Shown here piece by piece: positions 1 to 9,055 of a stretch of 64,000 nucleotides of DNA; positions within the stretch are counted from its first letter, which is position 1; each line of letters opens with the position of its first letter. The stretch covers positions 768,001 to 832,000 of the forward strand of contig OZ219816.1 in assembly GCA_964291235.2 (NCBI GenBank), written 5' to 3'. Source of the stretch: Vicinamibacteria bacterium (GTDB taxonomy: Bacteria; Acidobacteriota; Vicinamibacteria; Marinacidobacterales; Marinacidobacteraceae). The notes under the pieces are model-generated. The model was not told the origin of the DNA. It saw nothing but the letters and a program-made list of their open reading frames with translations, and did no database searches. A program made the translations under genes and the position numbers.

Positions 1-2
1 TT

Positions 3-728
3 GGCGGATTCTTCCTGACCTTCGCGACGCACGGTGCGGATCAGTACCTGGCGCAGCGCCTGCTTGCCGCTCGCTCGCTCCGCCATGCGCAGGCGGGCCT
101 GGTGCTCTCCGGGTTCGGAGCCCTGCTCCAGTTCGGACTGTTCCTCGGCATCGGAGCCTGGCTGTGGCACTACTACGGCGGCCGGGAGTTCGCCCGGCCG
201 GACGAGGTACTGCCGACTTTCGTTGCGGAAAACCTGTCGGGGGCGGCCGCCGGAATCACTCTCGCGGCGGTGGTGGCGGCCGCGCTCTCGCCTTCGCTCG
301 TCAGCCTGGCCTCCACCACGGTGCGGGATTTCTGGCTCCCCTGGAAGCGGCGTCAGGAAACCGCTGGAGAGCGGGCGGGGGACGACTCCGCACAGGTTCG
401 GGTGGGCCGCCAGTTCGTGGTGGTGTGGGGCATCGTGCAGACGGCGGTGGCGCTGGCTGCCCAGCGGGCCCCCTCGGCCCTTGAGGCCGGGCTCTCCATC
501 CTTTCCTACGCCTCGGGTCCCACCGTGGGCGCTTTCCTGCTGGCGGTTTTCGCGCGGCGAACCCCGAGCGGCGCGGTGCTGATCGGGATGGCCGGCGGCT
601 TTGCGGCGCCGGCGGCGATCCGGCTGGCCGGATTCCCCCTCGCCTGGACCTGGGACGTTATGGTGGGCTCGCTTGCCACCTTCGCGGTGGGTTTGCTACT
701 CAGCCGCTCCGGCAGGCGTGAGCCGTGA
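3..728 (+). CDS. Sodium:solute symporter (SSS family), 5'-truncated by the window edge
   Basis: The frame is open from base 3 (GGFFLTFATHGADQYLAQRLLAAR, SSS 'DQ..QR.L' motif), followed by hydrophobic TM helices. The stop overlaps the next start (GTGA). Confidence 0.85.
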   Translation, partial: GGFFLTFATHGADQYLAQRLLAARSLRHAQAGLVLSGFGALLQFGLFLGIGAWLWHYYGGREFARPDEVLPTFVAENLSGAAAGITLAAVVAAALSPSLVSLASTTVRDFWLPWKRRQETAGERAGDDSAQVRVGRQFVVVWGIVQTAVALAAQRAPSALEAGLSILSYASGPTVGAFLLAVFARRTPSGAVLIGMAGGFAAPAAIRLAGFPLAWTWDVMVGSLATFAVGLLLSRSGRREP

Positions 729-2269
729 CCAACTACCGGATGATTCTCGCCGCCTTTCGCTCCTGGCGGACGCTGTCGGTCACGCTGCTCTCGTTCTCCT
801 CGGGGATTCCGCTCGGCCTCGTCTGGTTCGCGATTCCCGACTGGATGCGCGACATCGGGGTGGACATCCGCATCGTTGGACTTTTCAACCTGGCGCAGAT
901 CCCGTGGGCGTTCAAGATCCTCTGGTCTCCCTTCATGGACCGCTACGTGCCGGGCTTCTGGGGCCGGCGACGCGGCTGGATGGCGGTCACCCAGGTGGCG
1001 CTCCTGGGCCTGTGCCTCCTGCTTGGCGGCGTCGGAGATCACCCGGACGCCATCTGGGTTGTCGCAGCGTTGGCGCTGGCGGTGGCGATTGCGTCGGCTT
1101 CCCAGGACATCGTGGTTGATGCCTACGCGGTGGAGGTGCTCCGTCCCGAAGAGCACGGAGTCGCGGTGGGCGCCCGGGTGGCGCTTTACCGGGCGGCCAT
1201 GGTGGTCGCCGGGGGCGGGGCGATCAGCGCCGCGGCCCTTTTCGGCTGGGGGGTGGTGAACGCGGTGCTGGGCCTGCTCTTCCTGCCGCTGCTGCTCGTG
1301 ACCTGGCGCGCCCCCGAACCGGAGGAACGCGTCGATCCGCCCGGGACCCTGCGGGACGCGGTCTGGAAGCCGTTCCTCGAGGCGCTCTCCCGGCCCCGGG
1401 CCTTCGAGATTTTCGCTTTCGTTTTCTTCTACAAGTTCGCCGACAACCTCGCCCAGTCCCTCACCCGGCCGTTCCTGATAGACATGGGCTACGGCGCCGG
1501 CCACCGAGGGATCGCGCTCGCCACCGTGGGAGCGGTGGCGACCATCGTCGGGACCTTCGCCGGCGGGCTGTTCACCACCATCGCCGGGCTCGGGCCCGCG
1601 CTGTGGGCCTTCGGCGCGCTCCAGATCTTCTCCAACCTCGGTTACTTCTTCGTTGCCGGCGCCGACGGGAGCCTCGCCTGGATGTACGGAGCTTCCGCGT
1701 TCGAGCTGTTGACCGGCGGGCTCGGCACCGGGGCGTTTTCCGTGCTGTTGCTGCGGATCACCGAGAAGCGTTTTTCGGCGACGCAGTACGCTCTGTTCTC
1801 CGGGCTCTTTGCGCTGCCTCGCCTCCTCGCCGGCCCCTTTAGCGGGTTCGCGGTGGACGCGCTGGGCTGGCGGACCTTCTTCTTGTCCACCATGGCGATG
1901 GGGATTCCGGGGCTCATCCTGCTGCACCGGTTTTCCCCGCTCGGGGTCCGCGATCCGCGGATCGGTCTCGGCCGCGGCGAAGAACCCGATGCGCCTCGTC
2001 TTTCGTCCAGCCTTGCCGGGCGTTTCGGCCTCTCGGCGCTGCTCGGCGGCGGCGCGGTCTTCGGATTCGCCGTCGTGCTGGGCGCTCTCAAGGCCATGCG
2101 GGTCGATCCCGGGTCCGGCTTCTCGCTGGCCGCGGGGCTCGCTCCAATCCTGAACCCGGTTTCCTTCGCCGACTGGGTTCAGGTCGGGGGGATTGTGGTG
2201 CTGGGCCTGATCGCGGGACTGTTCGGAACCGCCTTCGCGGCCGCCCGGAGAACCCGCTCAGCGGGCTAG
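725..2269 (+). CDS. ampG: AmpG-like MFS muropeptide permease
   Basis: Motifs FSSGIPL, KILWSPFMDRY, GRRRGW, ASQDIVVDAY and FSATQYALFS are typical of AmpG. Confidence 0.85.
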   Translation: MTNYRMILAAFRSWRTLSVTLLSFSSGIPLGLVWFAIPDWMRDIGVDIRIVGLFNLAQIPWAFKILWSPFMDRYVPGFWGRRRGWMAVTQVALLGLCLLLGGVGDHPDAIWVVAALALAVAIASASQDIVVDAYAVEVLRPEEHGVAVGARVALYRAAMVVAGGGAISAAALFGWGVVNAVLGLLFLPLLLVTWRAPEPEERVDPPGTLRDAVWKPFLEALSRPRAFEIFAFVFFYKFADNLAQSLTRPFLIDMGYGAGHRGIALATVGAVATIVGTFAGGLFTTIAGLGPALWAFGALQIFSNLGYFFVAGADGSLAWMYGASAFELLTGGLGTGAFSVLLLRITEKRFSATQYALFSGLFALPRLLAGPFSGFAVDALGWRTFFLSTMAMGIPGLILLHRFSPLGVRDPRIGLGRGEEPDAPRLSSSLAGRFGLSALLGGGAVFGFAVVLGALKAMRVDPGSGFSLAAGLAPILNPVSFADWVQVGGIVVLGLIAGLFGTAFAAARRTRSAG

Positions 2270-2280
2270 ATTCCCGGTGG

Positions 2281-4464
2281 ATGCACCGGGTTCGCTTTGG
2301 GATTGTTGTCCTTGTTGCCCTCGGTTGGGCTCTGCCCGCATCGGCCTTCAGGGCGAGGGTCGTGCTCGGGAGCGGAGAGCCGGCAGCGGGAGCGATCGTC
2401 CAGGTTCTCGGACACTCCGGCTCAGCGGTCACCGACGCCGATGGCCGGTTCGAATGGCTTCCGGACCCGGCACCTCCTTTCCACGTGCTCGTGGTGCTTC
2501 CCGGAGACCGCTACACCTCGCCGGTCCTCATCGAGTCGTTCGACGCGCACGATCTGGAGATCCAGGTCGAAGCGCTCGCTCTCCAGGAGAGCGTCACCAT
2601 CACGAGCGGCGTCGTGCCGCACACCGAGGCGACGCCGGGCAGCGCTCCCGCCGTCATTTCCGGCGAGGCGATTCGGGTCCGGCAGGCTCCGCGGCTCACC
2701 GACGTTCTGGAGGCCGTCCCGGGAGCTGGCCGCAGTAGTGATCTGCACGCGGGCGTCCCTTCGATCCGCGGCCTTTCACGGGGGCGCACAGTGCTCCTGC
2801 TCGACGGGGCCCGGGTCTCCTCGGAGCGCCGCGCCGGCGCCAGTGCGACGTTCCTGGATCCTTTCTTTCTGGACGCCGTTGAAGTGGTCCGGGGGCCCTC
2901 CTCGGTGTCCTACGGGTCGGACGCCTTCGGGGGAGTCATCCACGCCCGGACCCGCCGGCCCGTTCCCGACGCACCGTTCAGCGCGCGCGCCCGCGGCACG
3001 TTGGGAAGGGGACTCCCGGAGGCGAGCTTCGGCGCGGAGGTCAGCGGTTCCGCTCTCGGGACCGGATTCCTGGCCCAGGTGCGGCGGCGCGTGTTCTCCG
3101 ACTACGAGAGTCCCGAAGGCCGGGTTGCCGGTTCTGGAGCCGAGGACTACGGGATGCTCCTGCGCGGCGTGCGCGAAGTCGGCGGGGGCCTTCTCGGGTT
3201 GGGCCTCCAGCTGGACGCCGGACGCGATGTTGGACGGCCACGGCGGACGGAGGCCTTTACTTCGTATCCGCTCGAGGACTCGGCGCGACTGGTGGCCGAC
3301 TACCAGTTGTTGCCTCGCTGGGGGTTCGCGCGGCTGGATGCCACGGGTTTCCTCGGCGCGCACCGGCTGCTGACCCGGCGGGAACTGGGACCGGAGGCCA
3401 CCGACTCGGAAGTCGCCGCGCACGACTTCATGCTACGGGGCCGCGGAGTTCGTCCCCTGGGGCAGGGGCGACTCGAACTGGGAGCGGAGTTCCTCAGCCG
3501 CTTCGGGCTGTATTCGGAAACCCGCGGAGGGGTGGACAGTCCGTTCCTGAATGAGACGGCGCTCCGTTCCGGCCTGGATGGCGCCCTGCGCCGGGAAGCG
3601 TCGGTGTACGGCCACGCCGAAACTTCCCTGGCGCGTCGCCTCGGCGGGAGCGCCGGAGCCCGCCTTTCCGCGGTGGCAACGCGCTCGGGCGCCGTCGCGG
3701 GCGGTCCCGGCCATGCCACGAACCACGCTGCGCTCAGCGGGTTCCTCGCACTCCGCGCCGACCTCTGGCGCGGGTTCGCCCTCACCGGACAACTCTCCCG
3801 TGGGTTTCGCGATCCGACGTTGTCCGACCGCTATTACGCGGGCCTGAGCGGTCGTGGAATCGTGCACGGGAATGCCGATCTCCGTCCCGAGCGCTCGCTC
3901 CAATCGGACGTATCCCTTCGCTATGACGGGGACGGTCTGCACGGCGGCTTCTATGCCTACCGCTACCGGATCTCCGACCTCGTTGAGCGGTTTGAAGAAG
4001 GCGCCGACCTCTATTTCTTCCGCAATCGCGGCGAGGCTCTGCTCTCCGGTGTCGAGTTCGAACTCCAGTTCGGAAATCCCGCGGACCGCTTCCTGCTGGA
4101 CCTTTCGGGCGGGGTCACCCGGGGCGAGACGCCGGATGGGATGGCCCTTGACGGTGTGCCGCCAGCCAGCTTCCGCGCGGGATTGCGGCGGCGCCTGCGC
4201 CCGCGCAGTTTCGCCGAGGTCGTCCTGCTGGCATTCGCCACGGATAGCGACCCCGGGCCCACGGAGGCGGCGATGGATGCCTATGCCCGTCTCGATGCGG
4301 CTCTGGGTTTCCCGTTGAGCGGCGGTGCGGAACTCCGCTTGTCCGGCCGGAACCTCCTGAACGCTGCGTATCCGATCAGCGCCGACGCGCGCTCGGTCCT
4401 GGCGCCGGGCCGCAGCCTGGTCGGAACGATCGTCTGGACCCTGGGCGCTTCGTCCGGGCCCTAG
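2281..4464 (+). CDS. TonB-dependent outer-membrane receptor
   Basis: Signal peptide, carboxypeptidase-regulatory-like N-domain, plug motifs (SIRGL, LLLDG, VEVVRGPSSVSYGSDAFGGVI), GNADLRPERS and a C-terminal NLLNAAY...PGR. Confidence 0.9.
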   Translation: MHRVRFGIVVLVALGWALPASAFRARVVLGSGEPAAGAIVQVLGHSGSAVTDADGRFEWLPDPAPPFHVLVVLPGDRYTSPVLIESFDAHDLEIQVEALALQESVTITSGVVPHTEATPGSAPAVISGEAIRVRQAPRLTDVLEAVPGAGRSSDLHAGVPSIRGLSRGRTVLLLDGARVSSERRAGASATFLDPFFLDAVEVVRGPSSVSYGSDAFGGVIHARTRRPVPDAPFSARARGTLGRGLPEASFGAEVSGSALGTGFLAQVRRRVFSDYESPEGRVAGSGAEDYGMLLRGVREVGGGLLGLGLQLDAGRDVGRPRRTEAFTSYPLEDSARLVADYQLLPRWGFARLDATGFLGAHRLLTRRELGPEATDSEVAAHDFMLRGRGVRPLGQGRLELGAEFLSRFGLYSETRGGVDSPFLNETALRSGLDGALRREASVYGHAETSLARRLGGSAGARLSAVATRSGAVAGGPGHATNHAALSGFLALRADLWRGFALTGQLSRGFRDPTLSDRYYAGLSGRGIVHGNADLRPERSLQSDVSLRYDGDGLHGGFYAYRYRISDLVERFEEGADLYFFRNRGEALLSGVEFELQFGNPADRFLLDLSGGVTRGETPDGMALDGVPPASFRAGLRRRLRPRSFAEVVLLAFATDSDPGPTEAAMDAYARLDAALGFPLSGGAELRLSGRNLLNAAYPISADARSVLAPGRSLVGTIVWTLGASSGP

Positions 4465-4690
4465 CAGCCTCCGGACAAAGGCACCCGGCATGCCCGAGCC
4501 AAGAGGGAAGGGGGCCGGGCAAACCCGTCCCCCGTCCCTCTCGCTCCGGGGTCCGTGCGCGGTTGTCGCCCCGCTCCGGAAAGAAACAGCGGTTCATCCG
4601 GTCTGAACCGGCCCCCCGCCGGGAGGCCGGGCCCCACCGGGAGAACCGGGCCGGCCCCCAGGCCGGCATAGCGGTCCGCAGCTCCGCCGG
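4461..4690. repeat. Degenerate composite repeat element downstream of the TonB receptor
   Basis: Begins CTAG-CAGCCT on the stop codon, like the element at 58886. Contains ccccaccgggagaaccgggccggcccccaggccggcatagcgg, similar to the repeats at 52426 and 62308. Confidence 0.55.
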
Positions 4691-4799
4691 CAGCGACGCC
4701 GTTCGTCGGCATCGCTTCGGTCTCGGTCGGTGCGCCACCGGGCGCGATGGCGCCCCAAGCAGCGTGTTCACGCGTCGGGAACCCATCAGGACACGCAGA

Positions 4800-5125
4800 C
4801 GTATGCGTAACTATCACGATCGTGACGATAGGTGTGTGCCCGCTGTTGCCAATATATCGACAACCATCGGTGACTGCGGTATTCGCAAACCGGTCGAGTC
4901 CACTGACATTCGTATGTGACCTGTCGCAATGACACCTGTTACAGGGCAGAGATCATGGACATTTGGAGGTTTGGGAGCGACTGAACCGGACTATTGCTGT
5001 GAGACAATTCAGTTACGTCCTACACAACCAAACAACCTTTTGTCTCGCACGTCGGATGTTGTTGTTCTGTGCGATATGTGACATGTGAAATAGACACGCG
5101 GTGACGTTGCGATGAGAACAGAACG
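4800..5125 (+). promoter_or_regulatory. AT-richer leader of the two-gene cassette with several inverted repeats
   Basis: Perfect palindrome TCACGATCGTGA (4814-4825), imperfect palindrome TGTGAC-CT-GTCGCA (4915-4928), and inverted pair TGTGAGACAA (4998-5007) / TTGTCTCGCA (5040-5049). Confidence 0.5.
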
Positions 5126-6820
5126 ATGAATCTCACAGTGTCGGAACTGGCTCTGGCGGTGGGGAAGAGCGAAAACTATGTGCGCCAACACATTCATCGC
5201 CGTCACTTGACCGTGCGCCGCACTGGTCGCGCCGTGCAGGTGCCACTCGACGAGGCGGTGAAATGGGCGGGAACGCGCGGTCTGTCGTTTACCCCACCAA
5301 AACGGATCAGCCTCACGCTGCTCGATCAGGACGAACGGATCGGAAGGCTGACGGTTCTGGTGTGGTCCCTTCCGGACGGACGCTCACGCAACCTGCTCAC
5401 CCTGATGCGTCATCGCAAGCCCGAGGCCCTGGGGCCGTGGTCAAAGGAGCCCGATGCCCTCTGGACTGCGGAGGAACTCGGTGACGACCTGAGCCTGCTC
5501 ACCTTCAATGCGCTCTATCCGGAGTGTCTGGAGCATCTCGACTGCATTCGCAAAACGGGATCGATTGAAGCGCACGGGAAACAAATTCACTACGCCCTGG
5601 AAGGCGACCCGAGAACCCACTGGGCCTATCGGGACTACCGGCGTCGTTCGGACGCTTCCATCCGGAGTCCGTTCTCGATGCACAGCGCTGCGATCACGGA
5701 GTACTGGAGTTTTGAAGACGAACCGCACAAGCGATGGTTGTCGCAAACGCGGATGGAACGTCTGCAACCCGCGCTTCGCCATCTCGGTTTTCCGCTCGAC
5801 CGATGCCCCGAGCGCGTCGGGAACCTGCTCGTCGCCGCCGCTGAAGATGCAATCACCTGTCGCCTGACGGCGCATCAGGACCAGACGCTTCGACTCCATG
5901 TCGATGCCAAGGGACTCCTGCCCGAAACGTATCGGGCGACGGTGTGGGCAAGTCACAGCGGGGACGAGGTGTTGCGCCGGGAGGTGCCCGTGACTACCGG
6001 CCAGACGACGATCGAACTGGTGTCCGAGGTGGACCGCACCGGGTTTGCGGTTTGTCGTGGATTCGACGGACAGTACGTGGACCTGGTGGAGTACCTGGCC
6101 GACAGCGAGGCCCTCTACGGAGGGTGGCAGGGGAGTCGGCCGCCGGCCTGGACCGGGGATCGCACGCCCCGGGTGCCGCCTCGTGGGCAGGCGGGCCGTT
6201 CGGCCGCCGCGGCGCCGCGACATCCCGAAGGGACCACCGGTCGGCTCGACCGGGGCATCCGGCAACAGTGGCTCCACCGGGTGGCGTCCCAGAAGGAAGC
6301 GGGAGCCCGGCGCGAGTCCAGTCTGGTCCGCTTCGGTCCCGGGAGGTTCGACGAGGCGGCGCGGCACTTTCTGCATCTCATTTCGAACGACTCGCAACAC
6401 GCGGGGCCCATCTATCTCGCCGACCCCTGTTTTGTGGGCCACGCGATGGCCGACGAAGTCGCGCATCTCTTCGTGGACACCTGCAATGCGATTCAGCGCC
6501 GGTCGCTCCGGGTTCTTTGCGCCGAAGGCGAACCGGAGGACGCACCCATGTGGTGGGCGCGGTACTTGCGGAAGATCGGGGCGAACGTCACCGTGCGGAC
6601 ATTCGTGAACCGCAGCGACGAACGCGGCTGTTTTCACGACCGGTACCTGATCACTCCCGCCCGCGAAGTCCTGATGACGAATTCGTTCAACGGTTGGAAC
6701 AGGTTCGGGGTGACCTTCGTGAGTCTTCCCTATGGTGTTTACCGCGCCGAGGCGGAGCGGTTATGGGCTGTGGATCCCGGCGCCGCCGCCTCGGACATCC
6801 TCGTTCGCGAGCTTTCGTGA
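5126..6820 (+). CDS. Hypothetical protein with N-terminal excisionase/MerR-like HTH and C-terminal PLD-like domain (VPA1262-like)
   Basis: The N-terminus LTVSELALAVGKSENYVRQHIHRRHL...VPLDEAVKW resembles an HTH_17. The C-terminus IYLADPCF...FHDRYLIT...TNSFNG resembles the HDR variant of the PLD HxK motif. Confidence 0.65.
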   Translation: MNLTVSELALAVGKSENYVRQHIHRRHLTVRRTGRAVQVPLDEAVKWAGTRGLSFTPPKRISLTLLDQDERIGRLTVLVWSLPDGRSRNLLTLMRHRKPEALGPWSKEPDALWTAEELGDDLSLLTFNALYPECLEHLDCIRKTGSIEAHGKQIHYALEGDPRTHWAYRDYRRRSDASIRSPFSMHSAAITEYWSFEDEPHKRWLSQTRMERLQPALRHLGFPLDRCPERVGNLLVAAAEDAITCRLTAHQDQTLRLHVDAKGLLPETYRATVWASHSGDEVLRREVPVTTGQTTIELVSEVDRTGFAVCRGFDGQYVDLVEYLADSEALYGGWQGSRPPAWTGDRTPRVPPRGQAGRSAAAAPRHPEGTTGRLDRGIRQQWLHRVASQKEAGARRESSLVRFGPGRFDEAARHFLHLISNDSQHAGPIYLADPCFVGHAMADEVAHLFVDTCNAIQRRSLRVLCAEGEPEDAPMWWARYLRKIGANVTVRTFVNRSDERGCFHDRYLITPAREVLMTNSFNGWNRFGVTFVSLPYGVYRAEAERLWAVDPGAAASDILVRELS

Positions 6821-8964
6821 TGCCGGGCCAGCCAGGGAGCGAAGCATCTCTGACGGCTGAGTCCCGGGAGGCCGTCTGGCGAATCTTCGGTGCCGGGGCG
6901 GCGCCCGGTACCCCCGGATCGGCATTCGACAACATCGATGCGGTTGTCCGGGAACACGTTCCGGCAGCCGATCAGGATTGCGCCATCGTCACCATCGCCA
7001 GTTGGTTCGACTCCGGAACGCACGTGCACTGGCTGAGGGCGGAATGCGCCGAGCCGGTTGCCGAGCTGGTGCTCGCGGGTGTTGGTCCGCGCCGATCCGA
7101 GGACGCGATCTGGGCCATAGCCTCCATCGGGCTCGATCTTTCGGTTGGAATGCTCCGGCGCCGCTGGTCGGAGGGTGAGATCACTTCCTTTATCGAGGCC
7201 GCGGTCAATACGCTGAACGGGGTCCAGGCCCGGACCCCGGGCGACGCCCACGGCGCGGGAGCCGAGGATGGGGAGTTCAGCGGCTTCCACGAGGCGGTGT
7301 CCCAGGACGGGTTTGTGGGCGCCTTTACCCGCCTGGAGAAGCACAGCCTCGAGCTGGTGAATCAGGGATTGCACCCCGCGGTGGCCAACCTGATCGATCT
7401 GGCGGTCGCACTGTCTCCCGAGCCGTCCCCGCTGCTCATCACCAGGCTGGAGGCTCCGACGATGCAGGCGCGGGCGGCCCGTCGCCTGGTGGCCCGGGGA
7501 GCTTCGAGCGATCCGGGCGTAGCGGCCGGATGGATTGGCGGGGACGCGTCGGATGCTGCGGTCGCGCTGGCGATAATGCACACCCTGAGCGCCATCCGGA
7601 GCCTGGACGAGGGCCGGCTGGTATGGGAGAACCCCGCCGCGCGCGCAGGGAAGCGGGATGACGCTGCCGGTGGCGAAGCCAGACCTCTCGAAGATGTCGC
7701 CGCGAATCTGGTTCACAAACTTCTGGATCGGCTGGGAAGCCTCGATCCGTCCCTTTGCCTGCGCTGGCTCGGCGAACTCCTGAACCAGGCCTCACCGGCG
7801 CTGTCGGCCCCGGGCGACGGAGAAAAACCGCCGCGACTGACGCAACTTGAGCAGGCGTGCACGAGGCTTGCGGTGGGTCTGTTCGCCGAATTCGAGTCCG
7901 CCGATCTGCTCCTGTCGTTCCAGGCGGGGCTGCGGCCGGGCCGCCGGCGACCCTGGGTCCGTCATCAAATGGTGATTGCCCGGGCCATGCACGAACTGGC
8001 CACCGAGCGGGCCGAACAACTCGCCCGGGCTACCGTGGACGAGCATCGGCGGCAGGTGGCGGAGCAGCAGGACGGCTACTACCTGGCGCACGAGTGGAAT
8101 GACTGGAGGGATCGGGAGTGGCTCGAAGGTCTGGGCACGGCGCTTGCCCTGATGAGCGAGGACCTCGATCTTCCGACCTGGGTTGCTGAGGAATGCCGGG
8201 GGTTGCCGCTCACCGTCTGGGACGCGGAGGAGGATCCCGATGGTTTTGCCGTGGCGGAGCAAGTGGCCCAGCACTGGTTTGTGGTGGCGTTGCTCGCGAT
8301 TCCACAGCGGAGCGCGTTCGGCAGACCCTTCGATCGCGCCGCGGTTTGTGCCCTCGCCGAGGCCGTGTGGGCACACTGCCGATTCTGCCGCCAGCATCTC
8401 GAAACCCACCCCGAAGCATCGATTGCCGCGGAGCTGGCAGCCCGCTACGCGATGCGGTACGGACAAGCCGACGATCAATGGACGCTCGACCAGGCGCGCG
8501 GCGAGGGGGTTGGGCCACGGGCCCTTTGCGTGCTGCTGGAGGAGCGGCGAGCCCGAACCACTCCCACGCTTGAAGAGAATCCCGATTACGACGACATGAT
8601 CGTCGCCGAATTGGCACGCATTGCGGCTGAGCGATTCGCCGATGGCGGCCAGTTCGACCTGGAGACCCTGCAGTACTGGGGACAGCTCTGGCTGGCGCTC
8701 GGCGCCGTGGACGAGGCGGAACGGACGGCCCTGGCGATTGTCAGCTTTCCGTTGCGGGCGACCGATCGACAGTACCGGATTCTGGCTCTAAAGCTCCTCG
8801 GGCTGGTCGCCCGGCATCGCAAACCGCGCCAGGAGGTAACGGACTTCGTGGTGCCCCTCTACAACCAGCTCTGGCCCGTTTTTGGGGGAACCCCGACCCA
8901 GGAAGCCGAAGACCGCCAGGAGATCGAGCGGGCCTTCGGAAACTCGAACCTCATCGCGCGCTGA
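6820..8964 (+). CDS. Hypothetical 714-aa, probably alpha-helical protein, translationally coupled to the upstream gene
   Basis: ATG at 6820 overlaps the upstream TGA (GTGATG). Composition is protein-like only from here on (the 5944 extension is shadow frame). No recognisable motif. Confidence 0.7.
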   Translation: MPGQPGSEASLTAESREAVWRIFGAGAAPGTPGSAFDNIDAVVREHVPAADQDCAIVTIASWFDSGTHVHWLRAECAEPVAELVLAGVGPRRSEDAIWAIASIGLDLSVGMLRRRWSEGEITSFIEAAVNTLNGVQARTPGDAHGAGAEDGEFSGFHEAVSQDGFVGAFTRLEKHSLELVNQGLHPAVANLIDLAVALSPEPSPLLITRLEAPTMQARAARRLVARGASSDPGVAAGWIGGDASDAAVALAIMHTLSAIRSLDEGRLVWENPAARAGKRDDAAGGEARPLEDVAANLVHKLLDRLGSLDPSLCLRWLGELLNQASPALSAPGDGEKPPRLTQLEQACTRLAVGLFAEFESADLLLSFQAGLRPGRRRPWVRHQMVIARAMHELATERAEQLARATVDEHRRQVAEQQDGYYLAHEWNDWRDREWLEGLGTALALMSEDLDLPTWVAEECRGLPLTVWDAEEDPDGFAVAEQVAQHWFVVALLAIPQRSAFGRPFDRAAVCALAEAVWAHCRFCRQHLETHPEASIAAELAARYAMRYGQADDQWTLDQARGEGVGPRALCVLLEERRARTTPTLEENPDYDDMIVAELARIAAERFADGGQFDLETLQYWGQLWLALGAVDEAERTALAIVSFPLRATDRQYRILALKLLGLVARHRKPRQEVTDFVVPLYNQLWPVFGGTPTQEAEDRQEIERAFGNSNLIAR

Positions 8965-9055
8965 TGGAACCGGCGCCGGCGCTCTGCCGGCCGAGGTGTC
9001 CCCAAGCGCCGGGTGGCCCCGGAACTTCGCCGTGGAGCCCGTACCATGAACGTCC

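Noticed and set aside
5944-6816. N-terminal extension giving a 1006-aa ORF
   Set aside because: It overlaps the 564-aa gene in another frame and is Arg/Gly/Pro-rich shadow sequence. The real start is at the GTGATG junction (6817/6820).
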